A stretch of 64,000 nucleotides of DNA. Source: Verrucomicrobiales bacterium. Lineage in GTDB: Bacteria > Verrucomicrobiota > Verrucomicrobiia > Verrucomicrobiales > V1-33. The translations under genes were made by a program, and so were the position numbers. Every line of letters starts with the position of its first letter. Within the stretch, counting starts at the first letter, position 1. Below the pieces are notes generated by a model that was given only the letters and a program-made list of their open reading frames with translations, was not told the origin of the DNA and searched no databases. The stretch is from assembly GCA_031411295.1 (NCBI GenBank), contig JANOAV010000087.1:1-64000 (forward strand). Direction: 5' to 3'. Below, piece by piece: positions 37,435 through 48,700 of this stretch.

Positions 37435-39018
37435 CTAGGGATCCTTGGGTTGCCATTCGGCCAGTCGGGCCTCGATCGCCTTGACCTCTGGTTCCTTGCT
37501 GTATTCGGTCAGCCCAGCCTTCAGTAGTTTGATGGCTTTGTCCTTTTGTGAAATGCCGGCCATGAATTCGGTGCGTTGCAGCAGAATGCGGATGCGATCT
37601 GCGGCTCCAGGGTAGTGTTCGCTTGCAGCCGTAAGATATTTGAAAATGCGATCATGTTCCGTGGGCGTGGTCCCCATGGCGATCTGGGAGAGCGATTCAT
37701 AGATGATCCCACTTTGTTTGGCTGCGGCGGCTTTTTCCAGCTTACTAAAAAGGGTGGGATTTCCCCCGGGTGCCGGGGGTGCGTCCCGCACCGTTTGCCG
37801 CAACAAGCGATACTCGGGATCACTGGTGCCAGCATCCAAATCCGCCGCAAAGGGACGATACAGCGGATCCCCAATCACCACATTCATCCAGCTACAGCCG
37901 GGGGTGGCCATGCTGGCGGCTTCCGCCAAACAGAAGCCCCGCAGCAAGCGATCCGACAGTTTGTCGAAATGGACCGTCAAGCCGAGGAATGGCTCATAGA
38001 CATTGCCAAAAACTCCGCATGCCCCCTGGCTTAGCAGCAGCCCCGCCCAGCCATCATTCGTCACGCGGATCGTGGTGGCACTCCAACTATGCAAATGGCA
38101 GGCAATTGCTCCGCGCTTGAATTTGAATTTCGGATTGAGAAACGGACCGTCTGGCACCTGCACATACCAGCCCAAGTAAACTGCCGCATCGGTCATGGGA
38201 AAATTTAGCAGAAAACGATCCGGTCGGGCATCGACGATGAGCGGGAAACCACTAGCGCCAAACGTCTTGGCGCTGCCGAGGAGCCAGTCTTCACCTTCTT
38301 TGTAGCCCGGGTCATTTTTCTGGGCCAGATCAATGTAAACTTTGCCCAGGAGGCCAGTCTTTTCCACCGCCAAGGCATCGTCGATAAGGCGCTGCGCAAT
38401 TTCATAGGAGGGTCCGTCAATTCTACTAACAATGAAGAAAGGAGCCAGCGATTGGGTTAGAAAAGGGGCGGATTTATCGTAGAATGCGTTGTTCAGCGGG
38501 CCCGCAATCGGATGGTCCACCACGCCAAAAATGGCTAGTTCCGAATCCACGCTGGCTGCGTTCGCCTTGCCCACCGCGGGGGCCACGACGGCCCGCTCCT
38601 TGGTTTTCGGGTCTTCCGGGCCATACTCCGGCTGCTCATCAATCCGCATCGGAACCCCCTGCATAATCGCGAAGATACGGTGCACCACTTTGGTGGAAAT
38701 TTTGTTTTCCCCCTTCTGCTCCAACGTCCACCAACCTTGCTCTGTGAAATGATTCCGCAAGGGTTCGGCAATCGTGGCATTGTAGTCCGCCCGGGTGATG
38801 GTCTCCTTGATGGAGCATTTCAATCCGACCAGATTCTTCGCAGGGATGCCGCGTTTGTCGGCATAGTATTCGGCCAATTCCCGACTCTTGGGTTGGGTGG
38901 AATTATACAATACTAACGTGCGTGCGGCATAGGCGACAGCAGTGGACTGGGGACTGGCTTCTGCGGCCATGGCGGTTCCCGCGCAGGCCAGCCAGGCCAA
39001 AAGGAACCAACGTTTCAT
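37435..39018 (-). CDS. TIGR03790 family protein
   Basis: S.ELAEYYA..RGIP, ASVDSEL, RIDGP, Y.GWY, GNVYEP, GDPLYRPF. Confidence 0.88.
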   Translation of the reverse strand: MKRWFLLAWLACAGTAMAAEASPQSTAVAYAARTLVLYNSTQPKSRELAEYYADKRGIPAKNLVGLKCSIKETITRADYNATIAEPLRNHFTEQGWWTLEQKGENKISTKVVHRIFAIMQGVPMRIDEQPEYGPEDPKTKERAVVAPAVGKANAASVDSELAIFGVVDHPIAGPLNNAFYDKSAPFLTQSLAPFFIVSRIDGPSYEIAQRLIDDALAVEKTGLLGKVYIDLAQKNDPGYKEGEDWLLGSAKTFGASGFPLIVDARPDRFLLNFPMTDAAVYLGWYVQVPDGPFLNPKFKFKRGAIACHLHSWSATTIRVTNDGWAGLLLSQGACGVFGNVYEPFLGLTVHFDKLSDRLLRGFCLAEAASMATPGCSWMNVVIGDPLYRPFAADLDAGTSDPEYRLLRQTVRDAPPAPGGNPTLFSKLEKAAAAKQSGIIYESLSQIAMGTTPTEHDRIFKYLTAASEHYPGAADRIRILLQRTEFMAGISQKDKAIKLLKAGLTEYSKEPEVKAIEARLAEWQPKDP

Positions 39019-39548
39019 GAGGCGGGTGAATTTAGCTTGGCGGGTGCTGCCGCGGGCTGTTTCTGGAAGGCGGAGAGGAAGAGTGCGGCCGCCGCCACGC
39101 AGATGCAGGAGTCGGCCACATTAAATGCCGGCCACGCGCGCTCCACCCCGTCAATGGTCACATGAACGAGCAGGAAATCCACCACATAGCCCCGCAGGAA
39201 CCGATCCAGCAAGTTCCCCAACACGCCGGAGATAAGCAGGGCGACGGCCACCTGGCTCAGTCGCGTGGGAAAGGCTCCTTTGCGATACATCCAACACATC
39301 GAACCCAGCGCAATTAAGCTGACGGCTCCAAAGATATAGTTGGAATGGGTCCCCCCATTTCCCATCCCGAAGGCTACGCCCGTATTGTGCACGCGCACAA
39401 AATCAAAAAAACCAGGGATCACCGTAATCCGTGGGGTCACTTCTGGATCGGGATTGGGAAAGGTGTGCACGGTCCATTCCTTGGTCACAAAATCCAAGAT
39501 GAACAACGGCAGCGAGATCAACAAAACGAGGCGAACGAGTGAGGGCAT
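39015..39548 (-). CDS. lspA: Lipoprotein signal peptidase II
   Basis: HNTGVAFG, GNLLDR, VVDF, FNVADS. Confidence 0.97.
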   Translation of the reverse strand: MPSLVRLVLLISLPLFILDFVTKEWTVHTFPNPDPEVTPRITVIPGFFDFVRVHNTGVAFGMGNGGTHSNYIFGAVSLIALGSMCWMYRKGAFPTRLSQVAVALLISGVLGNLLDRFLRGYVVDFLLVHVTIDGVERAWPAFNVADSCICVAAAALFLSAFQKQPAAAPAKLNSPAS

Positions 39549-39673
39549 AGCTAGTTATTTAGGCGCAATCCCCTCAAGAAACAAGCGGCAACCTTGACCG
39601 AGTTACGGGCGGGTGGGAGAACGTGATGACAGGCGCGCTCACGTTACTGTGGTTTGACGGCTGCCGCTGCCTG

Positions 39674-39773
39674 CAGCGCATTTACGGAGAAGGAAAGGTT
39701 GGGAAATTGATCCGGTAGCGGGCTAGGCTGCGCTCCGAATGATAAGACGATTGATTTTGGCCATCGGATTGCT
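39674..39773 (+). repeat. 100-bp direct repeat of promoter plus first 11 codons (copy 1)
   Basis: About 14 mismatches against 41085-41184 by manual alignment. Confidence 0.85.
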
Positions 39774-40692
39774 GGGACCGAATTATCTGCTCGCCGACGG
39801 TTTTAAATCCATGGGTGCCGAGGTGATTGCGCAACGGCTAGAACTAACCCTGGCCAAGGGAGGAGGCGTTTACTTAGTGACGCTGAAGAAGATGCAGGGT
39901 AAAACAGAGCCGCCTTATGGTTTCTGGTTAGGCACCTTGGAATTCACGGTAAAATCGACGCTGATAGGCGGGGATCAAGCAACAATCAAAGTCCCCTATG
40001 AATTTTTGGATCCAACTTACACCGTGGACCCAGCCGACGTTCGGGGCCGCTCTAATTGGCCTGAACTGAATTCCATTGGTTACCCCGTGCTCCCAGAAAT
40101 ATCCCAGCCCGGGGCTATATTTGCTCTAATGGCAAGCCCGTTGAAGGTAAAGATCGAACTCAGGAACGAAGAAATCAGTTGGGGATTTTCTGGTTTAGAA
40201 TGCGTGGATACTGCGGCAGGTAAAGATGGATTGCTTCATAAAATAGCATTGGCTGCGAGAAGCACCACAGACACCGGGGAGACTGATTTAGCAGAAGATG
40301 TTGCGGTATTGCTCGATGCCGCCCACAGGCCCAGCCCAATTAGCAGCACGTTTCTCGAACTGGGTCCTGCCTTCACTTGGCAGGATGCAGGCAATCGTTC
40401 CGACCATTTAGCTGCCTTTGGGGTTCGACTTGCACTTGAGAAGCTCGCATTGATATCACCAGACAAAGCCATTTCGTTGCTAAAGGAAAAATCTCAACGG
40501 GTGGGGTATAAAAAACTGCGCCATTACGTGAGCTCATCCTTAAATCTAATTAAGGAGCCCGAAGGGGTGAAACGTTACTGGAAGTATGGTGAAGTGCCTG
40601 AAGTCGAAATTGCGTTTTGGCAACATTTGGAACATTGGCTAAAAGCGCGGAAGAGCGACTACGATGCTCATTCCAAGTTGCGTTCAAGATGA
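39739..40692 (+). CDS. Hypothetical exported protein
   Basis: 317-aa ORF, visibly more AT-rich than its neighbours; no family recognised. Confidence 0.7.
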   Translation: MIRRLILAIGLLGPNYLLADGFKSMGAEVIAQRLELTLAKGGGVYLVTLKKMQGKTEPPYGFWLGTLEFTVKSTLIGGDQATIKVPYEFLDPTYTVDPADVRGRSNWPELNSIGYPVLPEISQPGAIFALMASPLKVKIELRNEEISWGFSGLECVDTAAGKDGLLHKIALAARSTTDTGETDLAEDVAVLLDAAHRPSPISSTFLELGPAFTWQDAGNRSDHLAAFGVRLALEKLALISPDKAISLLKEKSQRVGYKKLRHYVSSSLNLIKEPEGVKRYWKYGEVPEVEIAFWQHLEHWLKARKSDYDAHSKLRSR

Positions 40693-40826
40693 GGTGATCC
40701 CGGAGGGATCTCAGAAATTAGCCGGGTTGAGCGCTAGCGATACCCCCGGTTAGAGGCCCAAAAGAATCGCATCCAAGCAGGGATACCAGAGCGGCAATAT
40801 TACAGGAAATGGTTGGGCACGATCCT
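40672..40826. repeat. Partial (left-arm) copy of the element at 29513-29765
   Basis: TTCCAAGT.GC.TTCAAGATGAGGTGATCCCGGAGGGATCTCAGAAATTAGCCGGG...GGCACGATCC is shared. Confidence 0.85.
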
Positions 40827-41084
40827 GATTGGTAAAAGATTGGTGGTAGAAGATGAAAACTATCCCAACCCAATCTTTTACCAAGAATCTTTTACCAAAT
40901 CGTCAACGAGGTGGAGGCGCGGAATGCTGGGATCATGGATGGCAGCCGCATCCTGGCTTAACTCGAAAACGGTGTTGCAGAATGGACGTATTACCTTGGA
41001 CCATAACCGCATGGACTAATCCCGAAGGCCTTACATAATTTCGCGAGACTTAGGAGCACCAGCACTGCGGCCACTTTCGGGATT

Positions 41085-41184
41085 CAGCGCATTTACGGAG
41101 AAGGAAAGGCTGGGAAATTGCTCCAGAGGCGGGCTAGACTACCCTCCGAATGAAAGGACGATTGATTATTACCATGGGATTGCT
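41085..41184 (+). repeat. 100-bp direct repeat of promoter plus first 11 codons (copy 2)
   Basis: CAGCGCATTTACGGAGAAGGAAAGG...GGATTGCT. Confidence 0.85.
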
Positions 41185-44008
41185 AGTCGGGCTGGGCTCG
41201 GCTTGGGGGGCGCGTGGCGTGATCTCTGAGGAGGATCGCCAGTGGTGGGCCTTTCAGCCGGTGGTCAGCCCGAGTTTGCCTGTGGTAAAGGATGCGGCTT
41301 GGGCGGGGCTGCCGGTGGATCGATTTGTTTTGGCCAAATTGGAAGCGCAGGGGCTGCGTCCGGCATCGGAGGCGGGACGGGAAGATTTGGTGCGGCGGTT
41401 GACGCTGGATTTGTGGGGGTTGCCACCGACGCCAGAGGAATCGGCGGCCTTTGTCAACGACGCTGCCCCCGGGGCCTACGAACGTTTGTTGGATCGACTG
41501 CTGGCCAGCCCCCATTATGGCGAGCGCTGGGCGCGGCATTGGTTGGATCTGGTGCGCTATGCGGATTCGGATGGGTATAAGGCGGATGCCTTCCGGCCGG
41601 ATGCTTGGCGGTATCGGGACTATGTGGTGCGAAGTTTCAATGAAGACAAATCCTACGCTCAATTTGTGCAGGAGCAGTTGGCGGGCGATGAAATTTCCCC
41701 GAACAACCCCGATGCCTTAATCGCCACCGGGTATCTGCGGCACTGGATCTACGAGTATAACAATCGCGATGTGGTGGGCCAGCGCAGCACCATTTTGAAT
41801 GACATTACGGACACCACGGCGGATGTCTTTCTGGGCTTGGGCTTGCAATGCGCGAGGTGCCATGATCATAAGTTTGATCCGCTGTTGCAGAAGGATTACT
41901 TCAGCCTCCAGGCTTGCTTCACGGCGTTGGTGCCGGTCGATCACACGGTGGTGGCGACGGCAGAGGAACGGAAAATTTACGACGAAAAACAGGCCCAGTG
42001 GTCTGCCGCCACCAAGGAGATTCGCGAGCAAATCGAAACGCTGGAGGCCAAGTATAAGAAGGACGCGGAACGCAAGGCGCTGAAACTTTTCCCCGAAGAA
42101 ACGCAGGCGCTGCTGGCGAAACCAGCGTCCGAGCAAAGCGCTTATGAGCAGCAGTTGTATTATCTGGCGTATTACCAAGTGTTATACGAGTTCGCCAATG
42201 TGGAGGGAAGCATCAAGGGAACGGACAAGGAGACGTTAGTGAGTCTGCGCAAGCAGTTGGCCGAATTTGATAAATTGAAGCCCGCGCCCCTGCCGACGGC
42301 CTCCACCGTGGCCGACTTGGGCACTGCTGCGGAGGTGCTAATTCCGAAGCGGGAAAATTTAGGAAATATCCTCCCGGGCGTGCCGACGATTCTGAATCCT
42401 CATCCGCTGACACCGCAACCGGTCCATCCAGCCATGACAGGACGTCGCACCGCTTTGGCCAAGTGGCTTACGGAACCCTCGAATCCGCTCACGGCCCGGG
42501 TCATGGTGAACCGCATTTGGCAATCGCATTTCGGCCGTGGTCTCACGAGCACGACGAGTGATTTCGGTCATCTGGGCGATGCTCCTTCGCATCCGGAACT
42601 GCTGGATTGGTTGACGTCTGAATTTATTAGCCACAATTGGAGTTTGAAGCACCTGCATCGGCTCATGCTGACCTCGGCCACGTATCGGCAGGGCAGCAAT
42701 TCGCCCTGTGAGGAGGAGGCCAAATTGAAAGATCCAGAGAATCGGCTGCTGTGGCGTTGGCGCACGCAGCGGTTGAGTGCCGAGCAGATTCGGGACGCGT
42801 TGTTTGCGGCCACGGGAGAGTTGGATCTCACGACAGGGGGACCTTCGGTGGACTTCACGAAACCCCGCCGCACCATTTACAACAAAGTCTTGCGGAACGT
42901 GCGGGATCCGCTGCTGGATGTGTTCGATGCCCCCCAGCATTTCAATTCCACGCCCACGCGGGACACCACCACCACGCCCGTGCAGTCGCTGTTGCTGATC
43001 AATCATCGGCAGCTCATTGAGCGCTCGCAATCCATGGCGCAGCGCTTGGAGAAAGCCCACGCGGCCGCCCCGCACGAGCAGATCCGGCTGGCCTATCAGT
43101 TGCTCTACAGCCGCCAACCGAATCCCGAGGAGCTGGCGGAAGCGGAATATTTTCTGGAGGAACAAACGCGACGTTTGCCGACGCAAGCCCAGCCAACGGC
43201 ACCATTCGTAGTCGAATCCATGCCGCAGCGTGAGGGGAAGGCAGTCATGTTAGCGCCCGGCACCAATCAGGAGCGATTGGTCACCACGGGGGTGACGCTG
43301 CCGAATGAGGATTTCACGATCGAGGCCGTGGTCTTGTTGCGCTCAATTTATGAAAATGGCGAACTGCGCTACGTGGCCTCGACTTGGAATGGAGACAAAA
43401 CGAAGGCCGGATGGGCTCTGGGCATTACCGGAGCCAAGTCCCAGCGGAAGCCGCAGATGCTGGCCCTGCAAGTATTGGGTGCCGGAAATGATGGCAAGTT
43501 GCGCTACGAGCCGGTTTTTTCAGATCTCCAGATTCAACTCGACCGCAGTTATTATGTGGCCGCCAGCGTGCACTATGGCGAAGCCACAGGCGGCACGGTC
43601 ACCTTTTATCTCAAGGACTTGGCGGACGATGACGTTCCCATGCGAACCACCATTTGCCCGCATCCCATCGTGACGCCACAGGTTAGTGAATTTCCACTCA
43701 CCATCGGCGCGCGCTCTGGCAGTGCGGTGTCATCCCAGTGGGATGGGTTGATTGATGAAGTCCGCCTGCGTTCCGGCCCACTGGCGGCAGAAGAATGTTT
43801 CTATACCCAGAAATCGGCCTCGCTGCCTGCGGCGGTGCTGGCGTGCTGGCAGTTCGAGCCCACCCCGGGTTTCCTCTACGACGCCAAGCTCCAACGGGAA
43901 ACGTTACTGCCCCCGGTGGCTGCACCGACGAATAAACTCCAGGCCTCAGCCCTGGCCGACTTGTGCCACGCCATGCTGAATTCCAACGAGTTTTTGTATG
44001 TGCGGTAA
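41150..44008 (+). CDS. DUF1549/DUF1553 protein with a C-terminal LamG/concanavalin-like insert
   Basis: WWAFQP, YGERWARHWLD, CARCHDHKFDP, PSHPELLDWL; FTIEA...WDGLIDEVRL. Confidence 0.92.
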   Translation: MKGRLIITMGLLVGLGSAWGARGVISEEDRQWWAFQPVVSPSLPVVKDAAWAGLPVDRFVLAKLEAQGLRPASEAGREDLVRRLTLDLWGLPPTPEESAAFVNDAAPGAYERLLDRLLASPHYGERWARHWLDLVRYADSDGYKADAFRPDAWRYRDYVVRSFNEDKSYAQFVQEQLAGDEISPNNPDALIATGYLRHWIYEYNNRDVVGQRSTILNDITDTTADVFLGLGLQCARCHDHKFDPLLQKDYFSLQACFTALVPVDHTVVATAEERKIYDEKQAQWSAATKEIREQIETLEAKYKKDAERKALKLFPEETQALLAKPASEQSAYEQQLYYLAYYQVLYEFANVEGSIKGTDKETLVSLRKQLAEFDKLKPAPLPTASTVADLGTAAEVLIPKRENLGNILPGVPTILNPHPLTPQPVHPAMTGRRTALAKWLTEPSNPLTARVMVNRIWQSHFGRGLTSTTSDFGHLGDAPSHPELLDWLTSEFISHNWSLKHLHRLMLTSATYRQGSNSPCEEEAKLKDPENRLLWRWRTQRLSAEQIRDALFAATGELDLTTGGPSVDFTKPRRTIYNKVLRNVRDPLLDVFDAPQHFNSTPTRDTTTTPVQSLLLINHRQLIERSQSMAQRLEKAHAAAPHEQIRLAYQLLYSRQPNPEELAEAEYFLEEQTRRLPTQAQPTAPFVVESMPQREGKAVMLAPGTNQERLVTTGVTLPNEDFTIEAVVLLRSIYENGELRYVASTWNGDKTKAGWALGITGAKSQRKPQMLALQVLGAGNDGKLRYEPVFSDLQIQLDRSYYVAASVHYGEATGGTVTFYLKDLADDDVPMRTTICPHPIVTPQVSEFPLTIGARSGSAVSSQWDGLIDEVRLRSGPLAAEECFYTQKSASLPAAVLACWQFEPTPGFLYDAKLQRETLLPPVAAPTNKLQASALADLCHAMLNSNEFLYVR

Positions 44009-44128
44009 GTCGGCGGGCCGCACCTTTTCCGCATACGGGGAGCGCGAATCTTCTTGGCAGATACGTGCCAGCGCCTAGACTCCGCGCTCTGTAGCTACAG
44101 AATTTCTCCATCAACACCCACATTATTC

Positions 44129-45553
44129 ATGAACCAAAAAACCAGCAGACGTTCGTTCCTCAAGACGGCCGGTGTCGCTTCGGCCGCCAGCACGCTAGGA
44201 TTCCCCAACATTCTTCATGCCCAGAACAAGGGTGACAAACTCCGCTTGGCCATCATTGGCACCGGCGGCAAAGGTGGCGCGCACCTACAGAGCGTCGAGA
44301 AGGCAGGCGACATTGTCGTAGCCCACTGTGATGTGGATACTGGTCGCCAAGGCACCGTGCCCAAGCTCTGGCCTGGGTCCAAATTCTATCAGGACTATCG
44401 TCAACTCTTCGAGAAGGAAATGAAGAATTTCGATGCCATCATGGTAGCCACCCCAGACCATCACCACTACCTGCCCACGGCCTTGGCCATGGAAGCCGGG
44501 AAGCACACTTACACTCAGAAGCCGCTGGTCCACACCGTGTGGGAAGCGCGCCAATTGCTCGGCGGCGTGAACAAATACAAGACCGCCACCCAGATGGGCA
44601 ACCAAGGTCACTCCAATAACGGCAATCGACTGATTTATGAATTCGTGAACAGCGGCATGTTGGGCGATATCACGGAAATCCACTGCGTCACCAACCGCCC
44701 CATCTGGCCACAAGGCTTGGAGCGTCCTGCGGGTGAGGATCCGGTGCCAGCCAACTTGGACTGGAAACTCTGGCTGGGGCCGGCCGCCCAGCGTCCTTAT
44801 AAGAATGGGGTCTATCACGATTTCAAATGGCGCGGCTGGTATGACTTTGGTGGTGGAGCCTTGGCCGATATGGCCTGCCACACCATGGACAGCATCTTCT
44901 GGTCCCTCAACCCCGGTCTGCCCACCAGCGTGGAAGTCATTGAAATCAATGGCCACACCTCTGAGACCTTCCCCAAAGGAGCCATCTTCAAGTGGACCTA
45001 CGGCCCTGGTAAGTTGCCCAACGGCCAAGATCGCCCCGGCTTCACGATCACTTGGTATGAAGGTAAGTTAATCAAGGACGGCAAAGATGTCCCCGCTGCC
45101 GAGCGTGTGAAGCGTCCTGAAAAAATGGCTGCTGATCGCAAAATGTCCGCCAGCGGTAACATTTACTTCGGCACCAAGAACGACCTCCTGGTCCAAGGTG
45201 ACTATGGCGACAGCCCACGCATCGTGCAGACCGACGAAGAACTCAAGGCCGGTGCGCTCAAGCCCCCCACCATGCTCAAGCGCAATCCCGATGGCGAAGG
45301 CGACTACGGCCAATACATGGACTGGCGTCATGCCTGTGTTGGTGAAACTGCTTGGAATACTCCCGGCTCCAACTTCACTTACGCCGCTCCATTCACCGAA
45401 TCCATCCTCCTCGGCAACATCGCCCTGCGCGTCGGCAAGATGGGCCAGAAACTGGATTATGATGGCAAGAACATGCGCTTCACCAACAGCGACGAAGCCA
45501 ACAAATATCTCACCAAGGAATACCCCGAGGGCTGGGGCCACAAGTTGGTCTAA
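44129..45553 (+). CDS. Tat-exported Gfo/Idh/MocA oxidoreductase
   Basis: SRRSFLK, ATPDHHH, QKPL, WRGWYDFGGGALADMACH. Confidence 0.93.
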   Translation: MNQKTSRRSFLKTAGVASAASTLGFPNILHAQNKGDKLRLAIIGTGGKGGAHLQSVEKAGDIVVAHCDVDTGRQGTVPKLWPGSKFYQDYRQLFEKEMKNFDAIMVATPDHHHYLPTALAMEAGKHTYTQKPLVHTVWEARQLLGGVNKYKTATQMGNQGHSNNGNRLIYEFVNSGMLGDITEIHCVTNRPIWPQGLERPAGEDPVPANLDWKLWLGPAAQRPYKNGVYHDFKWRGWYDFGGGALADMACHTMDSIFWSLNPGLPTSVEVIEINGHTSETFPKGAIFKWTYGPGKLPNGQDRPGFTITWYEGKLIKDGKDVPAAERVKRPEKMAADRKMSASGNIYFGTKNDLLVQGDYGDSPRIVQTDEELKAGALKPPTMLKRNPDGEGDYGQYMDWRHACVGETAWNTPGSNFTYAAPFTESILLGNIALRVGKMGQKLDYDGKNMRFTNSDEANKYLTKEYPEGWGHKLV

Positions 45554-45580
45554 GTCTCGGATGAGTCTCTCATAAACTTC

Positions 45581-45620
45581 GCGCTCAGGCGTTCGGGAAA
45601 CCGGACGCCTGAGTTGCGTT
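45581..45620 (+). terminator. Hairpin, probable intrinsic terminator
   Basis: CTCAGGCGTTCGG-GAAA-CCGGACGCCTGAG after the stop at 45553. Confidence 0.6.
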
Positions 45621-45708
45621 AGTGTAAGTGAGGTTAAATTTGCCCGAATTCTGCTTTCGGATTGTGTAGTTTGTGAATAAATGACGATTCATTCACGTCA
45701 CTTGAACC

Positions 45709-48700
45709 ATGAAAAATAAAGCAATACGAACATTAGCCGGGGCCCTGGGCCTGTTCTTTTCTGCAGGAGGGATGTGGGCTGGCGAGGTGACAGTGGGGAA
45801 GCGCTATGTGCTGGAGGATGCCGGACAGGTTCGTAGCCTGGTTGTCTCCGGTCAGGGCATGGCCGTGCGCCCGGCTGGCGGAAGCCTGCGGGTGAAGAAT
45901 TTCCCCAAGGCAGTGGATGCGGCGGGGCTGCGGGAACGCATGCGGCAGGAACGGGTCGCTCAGCCGAATGTCAGCGAAATCAATTTCCTGCTGGATGAGC
46001 CCGCGGTGCGAGGGACCTCGGGAAAAACGGCCCCACCTCTGATCCTCACCTGCCAAGTTCATGTGACCCTCCAAGAGGGAGCCACGCCTGAGGCCGTGGC
46101 GCAAGCTGTGGGTGTGGCCAGGGTGGATCAGCCTAGCTACGCCCCTGGGCAGTATATTTTCCATGCCACCGATCAGGGAGGAGCGCTCGAATTGATGGAG
46201 CGGCTGCGGAAGTTGCCTGGGGTAAAGTCCGCCAATGCGATGTTAGCCCGCTCGCTCCGCAAGCGCTTCACTCCGAACGATCCCTTCTATACCTATGCCC
46301 TAGCAAATCCAGGCTACCAATGGCATTTGAAAAATTCCGGGCAGCGGGCTGGGGTGACCGGGGTTGATCTGAATGTGGAGACGGCTTGGAACACGCGGAA
46401 AGGCACCGGGGTTACCTTGGGGATCCTCGATGACGGGGTGGAAGTTACCCACCCGGACCTGGCGGCAAACTACCTTGCCAGCGCATCGTGGGATTTCCGA
46501 GACAACGATAACGATCCAGCTCCCGTCGATACCGAAGACAACCACGGAACCGCTGTGGCGGGTTTAGCCGTGGCCGTGGGGAATAACGGAGCGGGCGTCA
46601 GCGGGGTGGCTCCATCTGCCAAACTGGCGGCCATCCGAATTGATCTGAATACCATCCCCGACAGCCAAGTTGCCGATGCTCTGGCCTACAAAAACGACGT
46701 CATCCAAATCAAGAGTAACAGCTACGGACCGCCTGACTATGGCTATACGCTGGAGGGGATCGGGCCCCTCACGGAGGCAGCCTTGTTGGATGGTGCCACG
46801 AACGGGCGCGCTGGCCGAGGCACGATCTTCGTGGTGGCCGGGGGCAACGGAGCGGCGGAGGGGGATAACTCCAATTACGATGCCTTTGCCAACTCCATTT
46901 ACACGATTGCCGTGGGCGCGGCTTCGGATGACGGCACCCCAACCTATTTCGGTGAGCCGGGAGCCAACTTGGTGGTGTGTGGACTGGGTGACAATGAGGA
47001 CGATCAATCCATTACCACGACCGACCGCACGGGCGCAGATGGTTACAACGATGGCACGGGCAGTAATTTCGCGGACGCCGCCTACACCAACGACTTCGGC
47101 GGCACCTCTGGTTGTGCCCCCCAAGTGGCGGGCGTGGTGGCACTGCTACTGGAGGCTAAATCCACCCTGGGCTGGCGGGATGTCCAGGAAATCCTCATTT
47201 CCTCTGCGACGAAAAACCATGCGACAGATGCCGACTGGATGACCAATACAGCTGGGTATAGTTTCAACCACAAGTATGGCGCAGGCGTGGCCAACGCCAC
47301 GGCGGCTCTTACCAAGGCCAACACTTGGACGAATCTGGGCACCCAAACTAGCGCCACGCTAACTAATGCGGCCTTGAACCTTGCGGTGCCCGACTATCCG
47401 AGCACGGTAGGTGCCACCACGAGCTTCAACTTCGCCACCCAGCCAGTGCTGCGAGTGGAGCATGTTACGGTGGAGCTAAACGTCACCCATCCGGCCCGTG
47501 GGGAACTGGACGTCATCCTCACCTCGCCCAGTGGCATGACGAGTCGGCTGGCCGAACGGCGGGACGATCTCACCGCTAATTTCAACTGGACCTTCATGAC
47601 CGTGCGGCACTGGGGTGAAAACTCCTCCGGGACTTGGAAATTGTCGATCATCGATCGGGAAAAGCAAACTACGGGAACCCTCGTGAGCGCCACCGTGAAA
47701 ATTTATGGCACCGCCGCCACCGCTCCTGCCGCTGCCCCCACCGTCACGAGCGCGGGCACCGCCACGGCCATGGTAGGGGTGCCGTTTTCCTATCAAATCA
47801 CCGCCACGAATGCGCCCACCTCTTACACCGTGACAGGCTTGCCAGTCAGCTTGACCGTTAACACAACCACCGGACTAATTACGGGCACTCCGACTGCCAC
47901 TACGGCAATTAACGCCACCCTGAAAGCCTCCAACGGCTCCGGCTTGGGGGCCGGCCGGGCCTTGGCGATCACCGTTAGCGCAACCGCCGGGTTGGCCACG
48001 GGCTTGGATAACCTGAGGACCAATTGGGTCACGGGCGGCAGCGCCACTTGGGCCTTGAACACGACGGCCGGCAATGCTCATGATGGCATCGACTCTGCCA
48101 AGTCCGCCAACGTTCCTGCGAATGCGACCGATGGCTCCTGGTCCTATCTCAAAACCTGGGTCGAGGGACCAGCCATCCTCCGCTTCTGGTGGAAAGCCAA
48201 TACGCTGGATGCGGCTGATACGCTCTATTTCTATTGGGACGGAGGAGATCCCGCCAACTACATCTATGGTGCCAACACTCCCTATACCGAGGACTATTAC
48301 TATCTTCCAGCTGGTCGCCATTCCATCCGCTGGGAGCTGTATCGGGGGTATGATACCACGACCGCAGGCGCCAACAGCACTGGCTGGGTGGATCAAGTGA
48401 CGCTGACAGATCCTAACGCCAGTGCGCCTTATATCCTGCGGCAACCAATCAATGCCTACGCTCCCGAAGGTGGGAAGACGTGCTTCAGCTTATATGCGGT
48501 GGGGCAGGCCAACCTGAGCTATCAATGGAAGCGGGGGGCCGCTAACGTCAGCGTCAATGGCACCAGCAAAGATTTGCTGATCCAGCCGGTGCCCGCTGGA
48601 TCTGCCACCTACACTTGTGTCATCAGCAACGGAGTCGGCACCACCACTTCCACTGCGGTTAACCTAACGGTAACGCCCACCGGCACTGCCGCCACCCTGG

